From assembly GCF_964204645.1 (NCBI RefSeq), contig NC_134028.1, forward strand, positions 14,887,653 to 14,951,652: 64,000 bases of DNA, read 5' to 3'. The notes below the pieces were generated by a model that saw only the letters and a list, made by a program, of their open reading frames with translations, was not told the origin of the DNA and searched no databases. Origin of the DNA: Tubulanus polymorphus. Its lineage: Eukaryota > Animalia > Nemertea. The translations under genes and the position numbers were made by a program. Positions 22,641 to 34,167 of the stretch are shown one piece after another (position 1 is the stretch's first letter; each line of letters begins with the position of its first letter).

Positions 22641-25394
22641 CGGCAATTTGAAACCGAACCACTCCCCTTATTTAAGAAAACCCTGCACGATGGAACTATT
22701 TTGACCTATTCTGGAGTTGAACCACTTATAGATAACAAAAAACAACTGTGACAGGCAGATATTTTTCGGTGTCTTATTGTGGAAACGAAATATCAAGACC
22801 TACTGGTATTCAACTTTCGAAAATATTGAAATGTTTTCTTACATCTACATTAATTAATGATCTATGCCTGAAACTTTGAGTGTGAAACTGAAACTCTGAT
22901 AAATTTCCTTTTGAATAATTAAGAAATAAGTCTCAGTTTACAAATAAATATTTTCTTCCTTATCAACTTGAATCATTTTCGAGATTTACGTCGGTTCAGA
23001 ATATTTATTCAGAGACATTCTGTCTCTACACTTTATAGACGGACGACGGGCGCCGAAGGCGCCCGGAGGACGTCCCTTTGATAAACGCGTATATGTGGAT
23101 TCAAGAAAGTGTCTTTTTAACCGAATCTGACTTACAGACAAAATGACGTCAGAGTACGCCCGGTTTGCAGTTCATGGGGAAATCGGTAGAAACAATAGAA
23201 TTACGTCACGCTAAAATCCGGCAGCGAAGTAACTAAAATCCGGCAACTTTTGGATCGGGTGATTTCAGAATGTATTTATTTCGTGAAATTTCGACCAAGC
23301 TTGGATCGTTTAATCGTTTAACAATGAACTGCGTTGATCGAACGAGTTCAAAATAGCTGAAATTCCCTTAGCAACCGGAGCGCTTAGCACTTCAATTTTT
23401 TAGACAGTGAGCAGGATCCGAGATCTGTACCTACCGGACCTGGACCCCCAGCCCAGTACAAGATCCCAAACTCGTGTAACTCTTACCCTTTTGGATCGAT
23501 CCTCCCCTCCAGAGACCTCTTAACCATCTGGACCCTAAATAAACCCCCTGGACGTAAGACCTGATAAGACTGAGATGACCACTGCGCCCCCTCATCAGTC
23601 AGTCACCGTGCTTAGTCACACTATGACTGCTAACTACTCTGTAACTGAGGCCTACCTTCTTTCTAATTGGTATCTTTGTAATTTGACGTATGGTAATAAA
23701 AATGCAATGTCATTGTTAATGTTAAAATCTCTTTGAAGTAGCAAACTTGATATCTTTAGATTGGAAAACGTGGTTGAAAAACAAAAAAGGTTGGTGAAGT
23801 GGGAATCGCCTGCTGTTGAAGCAAAGACATCTCCAGTCGTCATATTTGATGGAACCCCTTTTATGTTTATGGCAACCATGGTCTTGAGCTGCCACATGGG
23901 AATTGATCGTGATGTAAAGAAAAAGGAGAGGTCTAAAGAGGAGCAAGATCGAAAAATGGTAATGGAAGTTGACAGAAGATAAGCCAATGTATTTGTTTGC
24001 TCTTTAAGGAATTGATTGTCCCTGGAATTGATGTACCTCTTCTAAAAAAATCTATTTCAGATGGCAGATCATGTTTTTATCAAAAGACGCAACCTACAAA
24101 GAAGCTTGGCTGCAAAGCGACTATACATATCAGTCAAATCATGAAGTTCCCCTACATCAAGGTTTGACCCAGTGTGAATTTATTCAATATTTACGACGAG
24201 TCTTCATAAGAAGTGTGTTTCTAAGCACAGATTAAAGGCCTATCTAATTTTGTTCCAGATTGCTGATGATTCTCCCCTTTCAAGGAGACGTGCATCATCT
24301 CAACTTCAGAAGGACTTATCAGACAACATTGATAATGTTGTGGGTTTAGTTGAATACCATGTACGGTTCCCGGAACCGGAGAACCATACAAACCATCCAA
24401 CATTCGGACAGGTAGCATTTGGTCTTCGCAGTTGAATTATAAGCTTGATTTCAAAACTTTGCATTCAACATCATATACCGGTGAAACGTAATGCTTTTTG
24501 CTATTTCAGGCTGCTTTCCTAAGAGAACCAGTTGATCAAGACGTACGGGAAAAGATAATACAATTAACGCATGATGGAGTGAGGAAAATTTAAATAGTTT
24601 CGTTGAAAAAGAACTTTTTCGTGGAGTTCCACAGCCTGACCGTACACGTAGACGGTACTTTCCAACCCAAATGATATCCGTAATATAATGCTTAATGCTA
24701 AGCAGGTTTTCAAAAATAGTTCGGTAAGATGGTTTTTACTTGGATTTACTGAAGACTTATTTATATTGTAAGGCTGCTAGCTGGTAATTTTCTCTACCTT
24801 ATTCTCAGAATGATCAAGAAAGTGTGGAGCGGCTCGTTGACCAATGGTCAAAAGATGGTGATCGATAATACTTCCGTCCATCAAAAATTGTCGAAAACAA
24901 TCGGGAAGACCTATTGTTTTGTTATCAATCTTCCTGGCAACAGCGACTTATGGCACGGTATGGTAATGACTTATGTCTAATGGATGCGACGTATAGAACA
25001 TTGAAATACGCTTTACCTTTGTTTTTCATTTGCGTGAGGACGAATGTAAATTATACTGTTGTTGGAACTTTCCTTACGGAACACGAAAGTGAAGATAGTA
25101 TCAAAGAAGCTCCTGGTGTATTAAAAGCCTGGAACCCAAAATGGTATCATTTGGACTTTCTCACGGATTTCTCAAGAGCTGAAATTAATGCTGTCGAAGC
25201 ACATTTCCCTGGTACGTAACTGAAAATATTGTTTGATAATGCATATTGCATTCAGTGCAAATATCGTATTATCTAAAAGTTTTGCATTCATGTATTTACA
25301 TTATTGTAGATTCTGAAGTGCGTTTATGCAGCTTCCATAGAAAAAAAGCATGGGATGAGTGGTTATCTAAACGAGATCATAACATTACAGGTAA

Positions 25395-26042
25395 GGCCAC
25401 ACCAAAAAAAATCCTGTTTCTCGGGCGGGGTAATCACCAAAATGGGTAGGTCGGTAGGGATTTTTTTTTCTTTTTATAGAAAAAAAAATTCGGGTATTCT
25501 ACTGACAGTGGGTAGGTCGCCGTAAATAATTTTTACGGGACCAAATTTCCAGTATAAATATGTTTAGCAGCTAGACGACCACAATAATGAAGGGAAGTTG
25601 ATGTTTTTGTTTTATATTTCACACTTGGAAACTGTTTACAAAAAGAAAAACATCAAAATCTTGAATAGGCGTATAATATATTGTATACAGAATTCCTGGA
25701 ATTTTACAATCCAAGGTCGCCATCAATATCTGATTAGCAACGTTGTCTGAGCACACAAGTACCATATCCGGAATAAAATTGTTAAATCCGATGTAATAAG
25801 ATATTTTTATCATGTCGTCTCGGTGCCGACATCACGATTTCACGAAAAAGAAAAAATATTTACGAGAATGGAGAGCTTTGTAGTCGGTCGGCCACATAAA
25901 TATTTTTGAAAATAGTTATTTCATCCACAATTTTGAAATAGGGTCGGTAGGCAATTTTATTTTATTTCGAAAATAATTATTTGAAATGACGAAATATCGG
26001 GTCGGTCGGGCCCGAGAAACAGGGTTTTCTTTTGGTGTGGCC
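25395..26042. mobile_element. Tourist/PIF-type MITE in a MULE intron
   Basis: TIR GGCCACACCAAAA..CCTGTTTCTCGGGC with TAA TSD (25392-25394 and 26043-26045). Confidence 0.85.
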
Positions 26043-26174
26043 TAATACTCCAAAATGAAAGTTTGTCACATTTTATCTCATATGCTTACAGGATCTGCAT
26101 GATATTTCTTTCTTTTTTTATAAGCGAGAGGTTCTTTTGCGTAACTTTCCATTTTCACTTCAGATTATCGCGAT

Positions 26175-26807
26175 AGTAATAGGGGTAATGGGCTTTCATA
26201 CCAAAGGTCGAACGGTCGAGCTCATTAAAAAACAAAACATTAAAAGTAATTTAAAACTATAATATATTTTCATAACCGTGTGCATTTTATATTATAACTA
26301 AATATTTATTCTAAGATATCAATAATTTAAAAAGCATAGGTCAATTGGTCGCTCCACTTCGCTACCGCTCCGCTCCGCGACCAATTGATTTATTTACAAT
26401 ACACAAATTCATATAATCAAATATATTCAAATAATAATAATTATTCTATTATTCAACTGAAATACACACGGTTATGAAAATATATTATAGTTTTAAATTA
26501 CTTTTAATATATGTTTTTAATGAACTCGACCATTCAACCTTTGATATGAAAGCCCATTACCCCTATTACTCTTAAAATATTATTAAAGTGTGATTGAAAT
26601 AATGCATAGCTGTTTATACTAGAACATGATTCTATTTGAACCTATATATCATTGAACTCCTAAAATCAATTTTAAAAAAAAATTTGATATTAAAATGGGA
26701 GCAAATAAGTACTACTGTCCAACATGTAAAATCAATATAGATAAATCTCAAAAAGCAAGACACAATAAAAATAAAACACATTTAGAGAATAAATTGAAAC
26801 TAGAATA
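26175..26807 (+). repeat. Left TIR of Polinton 2; first 396 bp self-complementary
   Basis: Reverse complement of ~43620..44214 except for a variable internal stretch. Confidence 0.9.
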
Positions 26808-26922
26808 TTTACAGTTATATTCAGAACAGTTAACAAAGGCAAAGAAATTTATTGAATTATGGAATAATGATCCAAATAATGAACAATACGTTGAGGAATT
26901 TGATATCAAGGATCCGAAATGA
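26695..26922 (+). CDS. Chimeric 75-aa ORF (pPolB N-terminal Zn finger + HNH C-terminal tail)
   Basis: First 38 aa match 43472..43732; the remainder matches the end of 28660..28974. Confidence 0.5.
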   Translation: MGANKYYCPTCKINIDKSQKARHNKNKTHLENKLKLEYLQLYSEQLTKAKKFIELWNNDPNNEQYVEEFDIKDPK

Positions 26923-27779
26923 CTTATCTGTTAGTAAAGTGTGATTGAAATAATGCATAGCTGTTTATACTAGAACATGATTCTATTTGAACCTATATAC
27001 ATTCCATGTAAAGAGCTATGGAATAAATCTATAAATTCACAGCTGTTACAGCTGTTACTATGACGCCGAGACATTATGACTCATAATATTACAAACGTGC
27101 AGAGAAAATTCTAGAAAGGTGTGCTGGAACTCTGAATAGAGATGACATGTCATAATCAGAAACGTGTGGAATATTCTAGAAAAGGCGCGCCGGAACCAGA
27201 TGACGTGGCATGATCAACGGCGTGTTCATTCTAGAAATCGACCCGGAAATGAACAGACGCTGTAACATTGTGCTCAGGATATTCTATCTATCGAAACGAA
27301 ATTAGGAGTTTATAGTTTACAATTCTAAATTTAAATGTAAGTACTGTTTGTTGTAGTTATTAGGGCTATTAAATATGAAACCTTTAGATATATTTAAGTG
27401 TATTTAGTATATCTTTTAGATGGCTAGAGTTGCCGCTAATATCTTATAGATTAATAAAACGCCATACGCATCAAGAAGTGATAGAGAAACTCAAGATACT
27501 CTTTCTGACTGAGGAATCAACAGCAATGGATATCAAACCAATAGAATCGCCAAAAGATCGACGAAGAAACTATTTAAGAATTTCAAAAACACTAAGACTC
27601 CAATGATTAAGTTTAACATTTGTTGATGTAGTTAAATATTTACCGGCAATTGAAAAAATGCTTGTAATTATAAATTGTATTCATAGAAATCAAATGATGT
27701 ATTGGAAGAAACGATTGAACATATTTGTATAATGTATTGTGTAAATCTGATTGGCGAATTTTTATGTTCGGTCGTTTCT

Positions 27780-28165
27780 ATTATGATTAGCGCATGCGCA
27801 TTGATCCAAACCGGGCCTGAATGCCCGGTCTTGCCTAGTGCACATGTGTTTTGATATTTCATGTCGGTTGTTTCTATTTACATAATGAATATATAATTAT
27901 GATTAGCGCATGCGCATTGATCCAAATCGGGCCTGAATGCCCGGTCTTGCCTAGTGCACATGTGTTTTGATATCTTATGTGTTCAGTTGTTTCTATTATG
28001 ATTAACACATGTGCATTAAGCAAAACCCGGCATCAATGGCCGCATGTGACGCATGTAACGCATGTGTTGTTTCTATTTTACAGAATTTATAGAATGAATA
28101 TATAATTATGATTAACGCATGCGCATTAAGCAAAAACGCTCCTGTATGCCCGCATGTGACGCGGA
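27780..28165. repeat. Four diverged ~100-115 bp tandem units with GCGCATGCGC-type palindromes
   Basis: tatgattagcgcatgcgcatt-like starts at ~27782, 27898, 27997 and 28107. Confidence 0.8.
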
Positions 28166-28309
28166 TATTGTAACTGGTATTATTTAGATAACAAGGAATC
28201 GAAACCGACTTATCAAAAGCAGCGAGGAATGAAAAAGGATGACGTTGGTCGAAGAAATGGAAGAGGATTCTAAAATATTAACCAATTTAGTAAAAAATAC
28301 ATATAATAA

Positions 28310-28974
28310 ATGGAACCAGAACAACCACAAACTATCAATATTACAAATAACACTGGTGTTATAAATATATATTACAAGAAGTGTTCTAAGTGTGAATTAG
28401 ATAAATTAGCTTTAACAGAATTTAGTAAGCGTAAGATTAGCAAAGATGGTTTTCAATATTGCTGTAAAACTTGCACTAAACTATATACCAAACAATATCG
28501 AGAAGGTAATATAGAACATTATAATTATTATATGGCAGAATATATGAGAGAAAGATATCAAACAGATCTTAATTTTAGATTGAAACAATGCTTAAGATCT
28601 AGATTAACACAATTATTCAACAAAGAAACACATTCAGAAACACTATCTAATTTGTTGGGTTGTATGAATTTCTCAAATCATGGATTATATTTCAATTCGA
28701 TGATAAAATGAATATAGATAATTATGGGGATTATTACCATATTGATCACGTGTTACCAATATCTAAATTTAACATGAATGATGAATACAATAAAAAACTT
28801 ATTTGGGGTTGGAAAAATTTAAGGCCTTTAGAAAAGAAAGAAAATCAAATCAAATCTAATAAACTAGATTTACAGTTATATTTAGAACAGTTAACAAAGG
28901 CAAAGAAATTTATTGATCAATGGAACAATGATCCAAATAATGAACAATACGTTGAGTCTTTAATGAGTGGTTAA
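28310..28974 (+). pseudogene. HNH endonuclease of the type common in large DNA viruses, frameshift at ~28662
   Basis: N-terminal KKCSKC..CCKTC, then RLRSRL-like segment, NYGDYYHIDHVLP..WKNLRPL..EN..KSNK. Confidence 0.8.
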
Positions 28975-29219
28975 AGAATAATAGAATTTAAATAAAATAT
29001 AATAAAAATTACATATCTTCAACTAGCTAGTATTAGTTATTGTTTTTTAATACTTTCTTTTCAAAAAAGAATACTTTATATCACAAATAAAAAATACTAT
29101 AAAAACAATAACTAATACTAAAATTCTTTACCTTTAACTAACTAGTATTAACCCAAAGAGATACTAGTATCATTTTATAGTACTTATAATATTTTTTTTG
29201 CTTTTTTTCTCTAATGTAA

Positions 29220-29831
29220 ATGTCAAAGAAATCTAATAAGAATAGTATTGATATTGAAAAGACATTAGATGATTTGGGTATAAGTGATAATAAAGATACA
29301 GTTGTAACTTATTGTGCTCAAGTTAATTGTAATATAGATTATGAATACTATTCATATTGTAAGCATCATCTAGAACTATTGATTGCCGGTGGAAAAACTA
29401 AGGATTTCTTGGGAAAAATAATAACTTTTCAAGAATTAGATGCTATGAAACCAGATAAAGTAATGAATTATTTTAAGATTTATGAAGAAGCAAGATTAGC
29501 CCGAATAAATGATTCTATTTCAGATGGTATTGTCAAATGTTATTCTAAGTTATGTAACCAGTTAATACCAATTGATGATGAAAATAAATTATATAGTGAT
29601 TTGAAAAATGACTACTTAGTTATGACTGAATTACAAAAATTGGTCGGATATGCTTCATTTCAATTAGGATCTGTTATGACATTAATTTCTACTGGCGTCA
29701 TAACATTTTCGAATATCAAACCTATGGAATATAAATCAGGTAAGAACGAAACAGATGTACTACAACCAAACGTCGAAACAGAAAATGAATCAGAACAAAA
29801 ATTAACTAAAATAAATGAGTGGTGGAGTTAA
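29220..29831 (+). CDS. Conserved Polinton hypothetical protein
   Basis: Homolog of 110..715. Confidence 0.8.
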   Translation: MSKKSNKNSIDIEKTLDDLGISDNKDTVVTYCAQVNCNIDYEYYSYCKHHLELLIAGGKTKDFLGKIITFQELDAMKPDKVMNYFKIYEEARLARINDSISDGIVKCYSKLCNQLIPIDDENKLYSDLKNDYLVMTELQKLVGYASFQLGSVMTLISTGVITFSNIKPMEYKSGKNETDVLQPNVETENESEQKLTKINEWWS

Positions 29832-30183
29832 GAAAAAGGCTAGATCCGAGAAACAAATTAAATGGGCAAGAGAATTAGGTAAACGATCTTCAGAATTAAA
29901 AAAAGCTAAGAAAAAGAAATTAACTGATATAAATGAATCACAGACTTTATCTGATATTGATTCAAATAATAATCCATCTGATTCTTCTAATGCTGGAAGA
30001 AATAATAACTTATATATTACAATTGGGTTAATCACAATTATTATATTTTCCGGTGTAATATATAAATCAAAATTCAAATCTGATGATAAAGATGATTCCA
30101 ATGACAATAAACCTATCATACCAGAAAATAAGTCAAATCATAAAGTCATTGAAACTAAATCTAAATTATTATTAATGGATTAA
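29815..30183 (+). CDS. Basic N-terminus, single-TM protein
   Basis: TM segment LYITIGLITIIIFSGVIY; homolog at 1..177. Confidence 0.7.
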   Translation: MSGGVKKKARSEKQIKWARELGKRSSELKKAKKKKLTDINESQTLSDIDSNNNPSDSSNAGRNNNLYITIGLITIIIFSGVIYKSKFKSDDKDDSNDNKPIIPENKSNHKVIETKSKLLLMD

Positions 30184-30189
30184 AATAAG

Positions 30190-31275
30190 ATGAAAAAAGA
30201 ACAATATTTAAGAGAGTTATATTATAACCCAGAAAGTGAAGTATCATATTCTAGTATTTCAGAATTATGGAATAAAATTAAATCTAATAATGGTGGTACA
30301 AAATATAGTGAATTGAAATCATGGTTACAAAATCAACCAGCATATCAAATCCACAAGAAAATGGATAAAACTTATTTAACAAGAAAAGTTATGGTTTCAT
30401 ATATCGATCAACAATGGCAAGCAGATTTCATTGACATGAAGAACTTAGAGGAATACAACAAAGGATATTTCTGGATATTAAATGTTATAGACATATTCAG
30501 TAGATACGCATGGTCAATTCCAATCAAAAATAAAACTGGTATAGAAGTGACAAATGCTTTTAAATCTATATTTAAAGAAGCTATTCCAGATAAGATACAA
30601 TTTGATGAAGGTAAGGAATTTTATAACAAACATTTCAAAAAACTATTATCTGATAACGATGTAGATTATTTTTCAACACATTCAGATAAAAAAGCATCTA
30701 TTGTAGAAAGATTTAATAAAACATTGAAAACTAGAATGTGGAAATATTTTACTGCTAATGAAACATGTAAATATATCGATGTGTTAGATGATTTGGTGAA
30801 AGGGTTTAATAATTCTTAACATAGTTCTATAAATATGAAACCTATACAAGCTAAAAAAGAAGATAATTCAGAAATAGTTTGGAATAATTTATATGGAGCA
30901 TTTGTTACACATGATTTCGGAGAACCTAAATTTAAAATAGGACAACACGTCAGAATATCTAAATATAGAAAAACATTTTATAAAGGTTATACTCCAAATT
31001 TTACTGAAGAAATATTCAAGATTAAAAAGATAATATTAACTAAACCATTTGTTTATAAATTAGAAGATCTAAAAGATGCAGAAATATTAGGTTATTTCTA
31101 TGAACAAGAATTATCACTTGTACCAAATCCAGATGAAATAGAATACAAAATAGAAAAAGTATTGAAAACAAAAACTATTAAGGGAAAAAAGTATTCTTTG
31201 GTGAAATATAAAGGGTATGATGATAAATTTAATGAATGGATTTTATCTAGTAAAATTAAAAGAATAAATGAATAA
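30190..31275 (+). pseudogene. rve integrase + chromodomain; in-frame TAA at 30817
   Basis: WQADFID, QFDEGKEF, VERFNKT; NNS*HSSI versus NNSYHSSI in element 1. Confidence 0.9.
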
Positions 31276-31903
31276 AGATTTATTTATATTTGAACCGCAT
31301 AATATGTTAATAACTGGAGTTACCAATTGTGGTAAAACACATTTCATATTAGATTTGTTAGAAACTATTTATAAGAATCATTTTGATAATATAATATTAT
31401 TCTGTCCTACTTATAAAATGAATAAAACATATAATAGAGATATAGTTAAGATGAAAAAGTTTATTATATTAAATCCTAAAACAGTAAAAGAAAATTTAGA
31501 TAATTGAATTAAAATAGCAATTGATACTTATAAAGGATCAAATACATTATTCATTGTAGATGATTGCGCAAATTTACATGATTCAAAAGTTAGAGAAAGT
31601 GAGTTATGTTATCTAGCTTTCTCTGGGAGACATTTTGGGATAACAACATGGGTTTTAAATCAAAAATATAATTCAATTGTTAAAGACTTTAGGGAGAATA
31701 TAAGATTTCTAGTTTTATTCTACAATAAAGATAGAAAATCTATACAACAATCATTGGAAGAAAATCAAATAATACCTACTGAATTACATGATGAATATAT
31801 GAATAAATTAAAGAATAATAAAGGTTCAAAATTATTACTGAGATAACAATTTCCCTATGAATATAAAATTTATAAAATAACTATTTATATATCTATGTAT
31901 TAG
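31268..31903 (+). pseudogene. Packaging ATPase; in-frame TGA at 31505
   Basis: GVTNCGKT; the reading frame continues after the stop with FIVDD and GRHFG. Confidence 0.9.
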
Positions 31904-31965
31904 ATACCCTAATACCTGATAGCCTATTAGATACCCTAATACCTGATACCCTATTAGATACCTTA
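31897..31965. repeat. Three ~27-bp tandem repeats between convergent gene blocks
   Basis: tattagataccctaatacctgata repeated, third copy partial. Confidence 0.75.
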
Positions 31966-32024
31966 AATACTTAAAATCCCCTTTTTTATTTACTATTATT
32001 TTATACAATTTTCAACCTTTATTA

Positions 32025-32483
32025 TTATTTGAGTGTTCGATAATCAATTTCTGAATCACTTTCACTATCAGACCCTAACAATTTATTCAAATTCTCTACC
32101 GTATCTTCTTCTAATTCTTTATTATTTTTACACTTATTTTTCACCTTTTTTACCGAATCATCAATAGTTGTTTCATTGTTATGCTTATTCATCCAATCAA
32201 ATTTATCTTTATTATCAATGTGCTTTCCTGTATTTTCATTATTATCTTTATTAGTTTTTGCTCCTAATATTTCATTTACAGCGTTTGATCCTAATATTTC
32301 ATTAGTATCAATTAAATCTAATTCATCTTTATTAGGTGTTGCTAATAAAAAATCTTCATATAATTCTTTACCATTTACTTTTTTATTTGAAACAAATTTT
32401 GTAACATATCTAAATGGGTGTTCTATAAATTCTCTTAAACCAACACGTTCTATAACATTAGTAATATGTGAATTTGTATTCAT
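32025..32483 (-). CDS. Hypothetical protein, seen only in element 2 within this window
   Basis: 152-aa ORF with acidic C-terminus; no recognised motif. Confidence 0.5.
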   Translation of the reverse strand: MNTNSHITNVIERVGLREFIEHPFRYVTKFVSNKKVNGKELYEDFLLATPNKDELDLIDTNEILGSNAVNEILGAKTNKDNNENTGKHIDNKDKFDWMNKHNNETTIDDSVKKVKNKCKNNKELEEDTVENLNKLLGSDSESDSEIDYRTLK

Positions 32484-32498
32484 ATGTTTATTCCAATT

Positions 32499-32867
32499 TC
32501 ATGGAGCGTTTGAAAATTCACCTTTACAATAATCACAATAATTTCTATTTTTACTAACATTAAAAATTAATGCATTATTATATGTAGTAGGTATTACATT
32601 ATTTGATGTAGAGGGTATTACATTATTAGATGTAGTAGGTATTACATTATTAGATGTAGTAGGTATTACATGATTATCAATTACATTACTTAAATTATCA
32701 ACAACACCACTTTTATTATTATCGATTTCTATTAGTTTAGTTTTATAAATTTTGAAAATAGGATCAAATATCAAAGCTATATTACAAGGTATTACATAAT
32801 ATAAACCATCATTATTTTCATGTGTATCGATGTATGGAATATGTTTATATACTTTACCTCCTTCCAT
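32499..32867 (-). CDS. Hypothetical protein with NNVIPTTS repeats, seen only in element 2; possibly one gene with 32025..32483
   Basis: Starts at a TAAATG motif; 24-bp coding repeats; CDYC near the end. Confidence 0.5.
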   Translation of the reverse strand: MEGGKVYKHIPYIDTHENNDGLYYVIPCNIALIFDPIFKIYKTKLIEIDNNKSGVVDNLSNVIDNHVIPTTSNNVIPTTSNNVIPSTSNNVIPTTYNNALIFNVSKNRNYCDYCKGEFSNAP

Positions 32868-32899
32868 TTATTATATATATTTTTATTAAAGTTAAAATT

Positions 32900-34147
32900 T
32901 TAATACATAACACTATCTAATTGTGAACTTACAATATTTAATTGCGCGTCAGATATAATAAAAATGTGCATTTTGAAATTTAGGCTTCCTTTTTTCTTTG
33001 TCATGAATAATTGTATTCCATCTTTAGTGTTCTGTAGTTTTTTTCCAGAACCATGTAATGAATTATCCTCTGTTGTTCTAAAATCTAACCATAATGCATA
33101 TTTATTACCGGTATAATAATCAATTTGATTAATATTACAATTTTCAGATGATTTCACTTTTTCATTCATAAAATGTTTTCTTATTTCTGGCCATTGATCA
33201 ATCATTCTCATTCCTTGACAAAATATTTTATTTGCTATTCCTTCGATAGTTATTTCTACTTTTGTTATTTCAGGATTATAATAATTATCAACATTTATTT
33301 CGCCATTAGTATATGTTGCAATAGTAAAAAATATTAATATACCTTTAATAGATCTTCTTGGGAAGTTAATATTCTCATTAATAATTTCATCATTTGCATT
33401 AATAGTTACAGTTTTAAATTTATCAATATAATCATATAATAATGAAAATCCTTGATTGTATTGAGTTTGAATTATACTTGAAATATTTTCATCAGTTACT
33501 GTATCATATTCTAAACATATATTCGATAATTTATAACTCATATCTTTATTAACGCTAGATATTACAATTTCATTTACAGGAGCAAATGTTATCTCGAATA
33601 TAACGTCTTCTTGAATTGCGTATTTATATAAAGGTGCATTATTATTTATCAATTCAAAGTCTAATGGAATTTTATATTTGCTTCCATAAATCTTTTTTAT
33701 CAAATTATCTGCGGTACGAGTTACTATTGCGTCATTAGCTCCTGATCTTAATTTATTTTGGTTTTCTGATTGGATTCCTTGAAATATCATATTATTTCTA
33801 TTTTCTTTAGTTAACCATAAATCTTTATAATGCATAAATAAATTATAATCATCTAATGAGAAAACTGTTTCTGGACCAATCTTTATAGTTAATTTTTTAA
33901 TCAAATATCTTCCAACATTATCAACAACATAATTATTATTATTACCGATTACTTTTATATCGGCTGATAAATAAATACTATTTGGAACATAAAAAGTATT
34001 TTGTGTTAATCTAGGAATTCTAACATATAAAGTTTCATCGGGATTAATATTAGAAGGGTTATGAGTAATTATATGATGAGATCTTTCTGCTTTAATAGCA
34101 TTAGATATTCTATGATTCTTAGAAGGATTGATATAACTCCCACTCAT
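32900..34147 (-). CDS. Major capsid protein, intact
   Basis: 415 aa, near-identical to 2767..4014. Confidence 0.8.
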   Translation of the reverse strand: MSGSYINPSKNHRISNAIKAERSHHIITHNPSNINPDETLYVRIPRLTQNTFYVPNSIYLSADIKVIGNNNNYVVDNVGRYLIKKLTIKIGPETVFSLDDYNLFMHYKDLWLTKENRNNMIFQGIQSENQNKLRSGANDAIVTRTADNLIKKIYGSKYKIPLDFELINNNAPLYKYAIQEDVIFEITFAPVNEIVISSVNKDMSYKLSNICLEYDTVTDENISSIIQTQYNQGFSLLYDYIDKFKTVTINANDEIINENINFPRRSIKGILIFFTIATYTNGEINVDNYYNPEITKVEITIEGIANKIFCQGMRMIDQWPEIRKHFMNEKVKSSENCNINQIDYYTGNKYALWLDFRTTEDNSLHGSGKKLQNTKDGIQLFMTKKKGSLNFKMHIFIISDAQLNIVSSQLDSVMY

Positions 34148-34167
34148 TTATTTAACAAAAAAATTAA

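Noticed and set aside
22780-23650. MULE left TIR pairing with ~48450-48660
   Set aside because: Only short patchy matches were found by eye, so the MULE boundaries are left undefined.
27780-28165. Repeat array as a possible CRISPR
   Set aside because: The units are long, degenerate tandem copies without unique spacers, there are no cas genes, and the context is eukaryotic.
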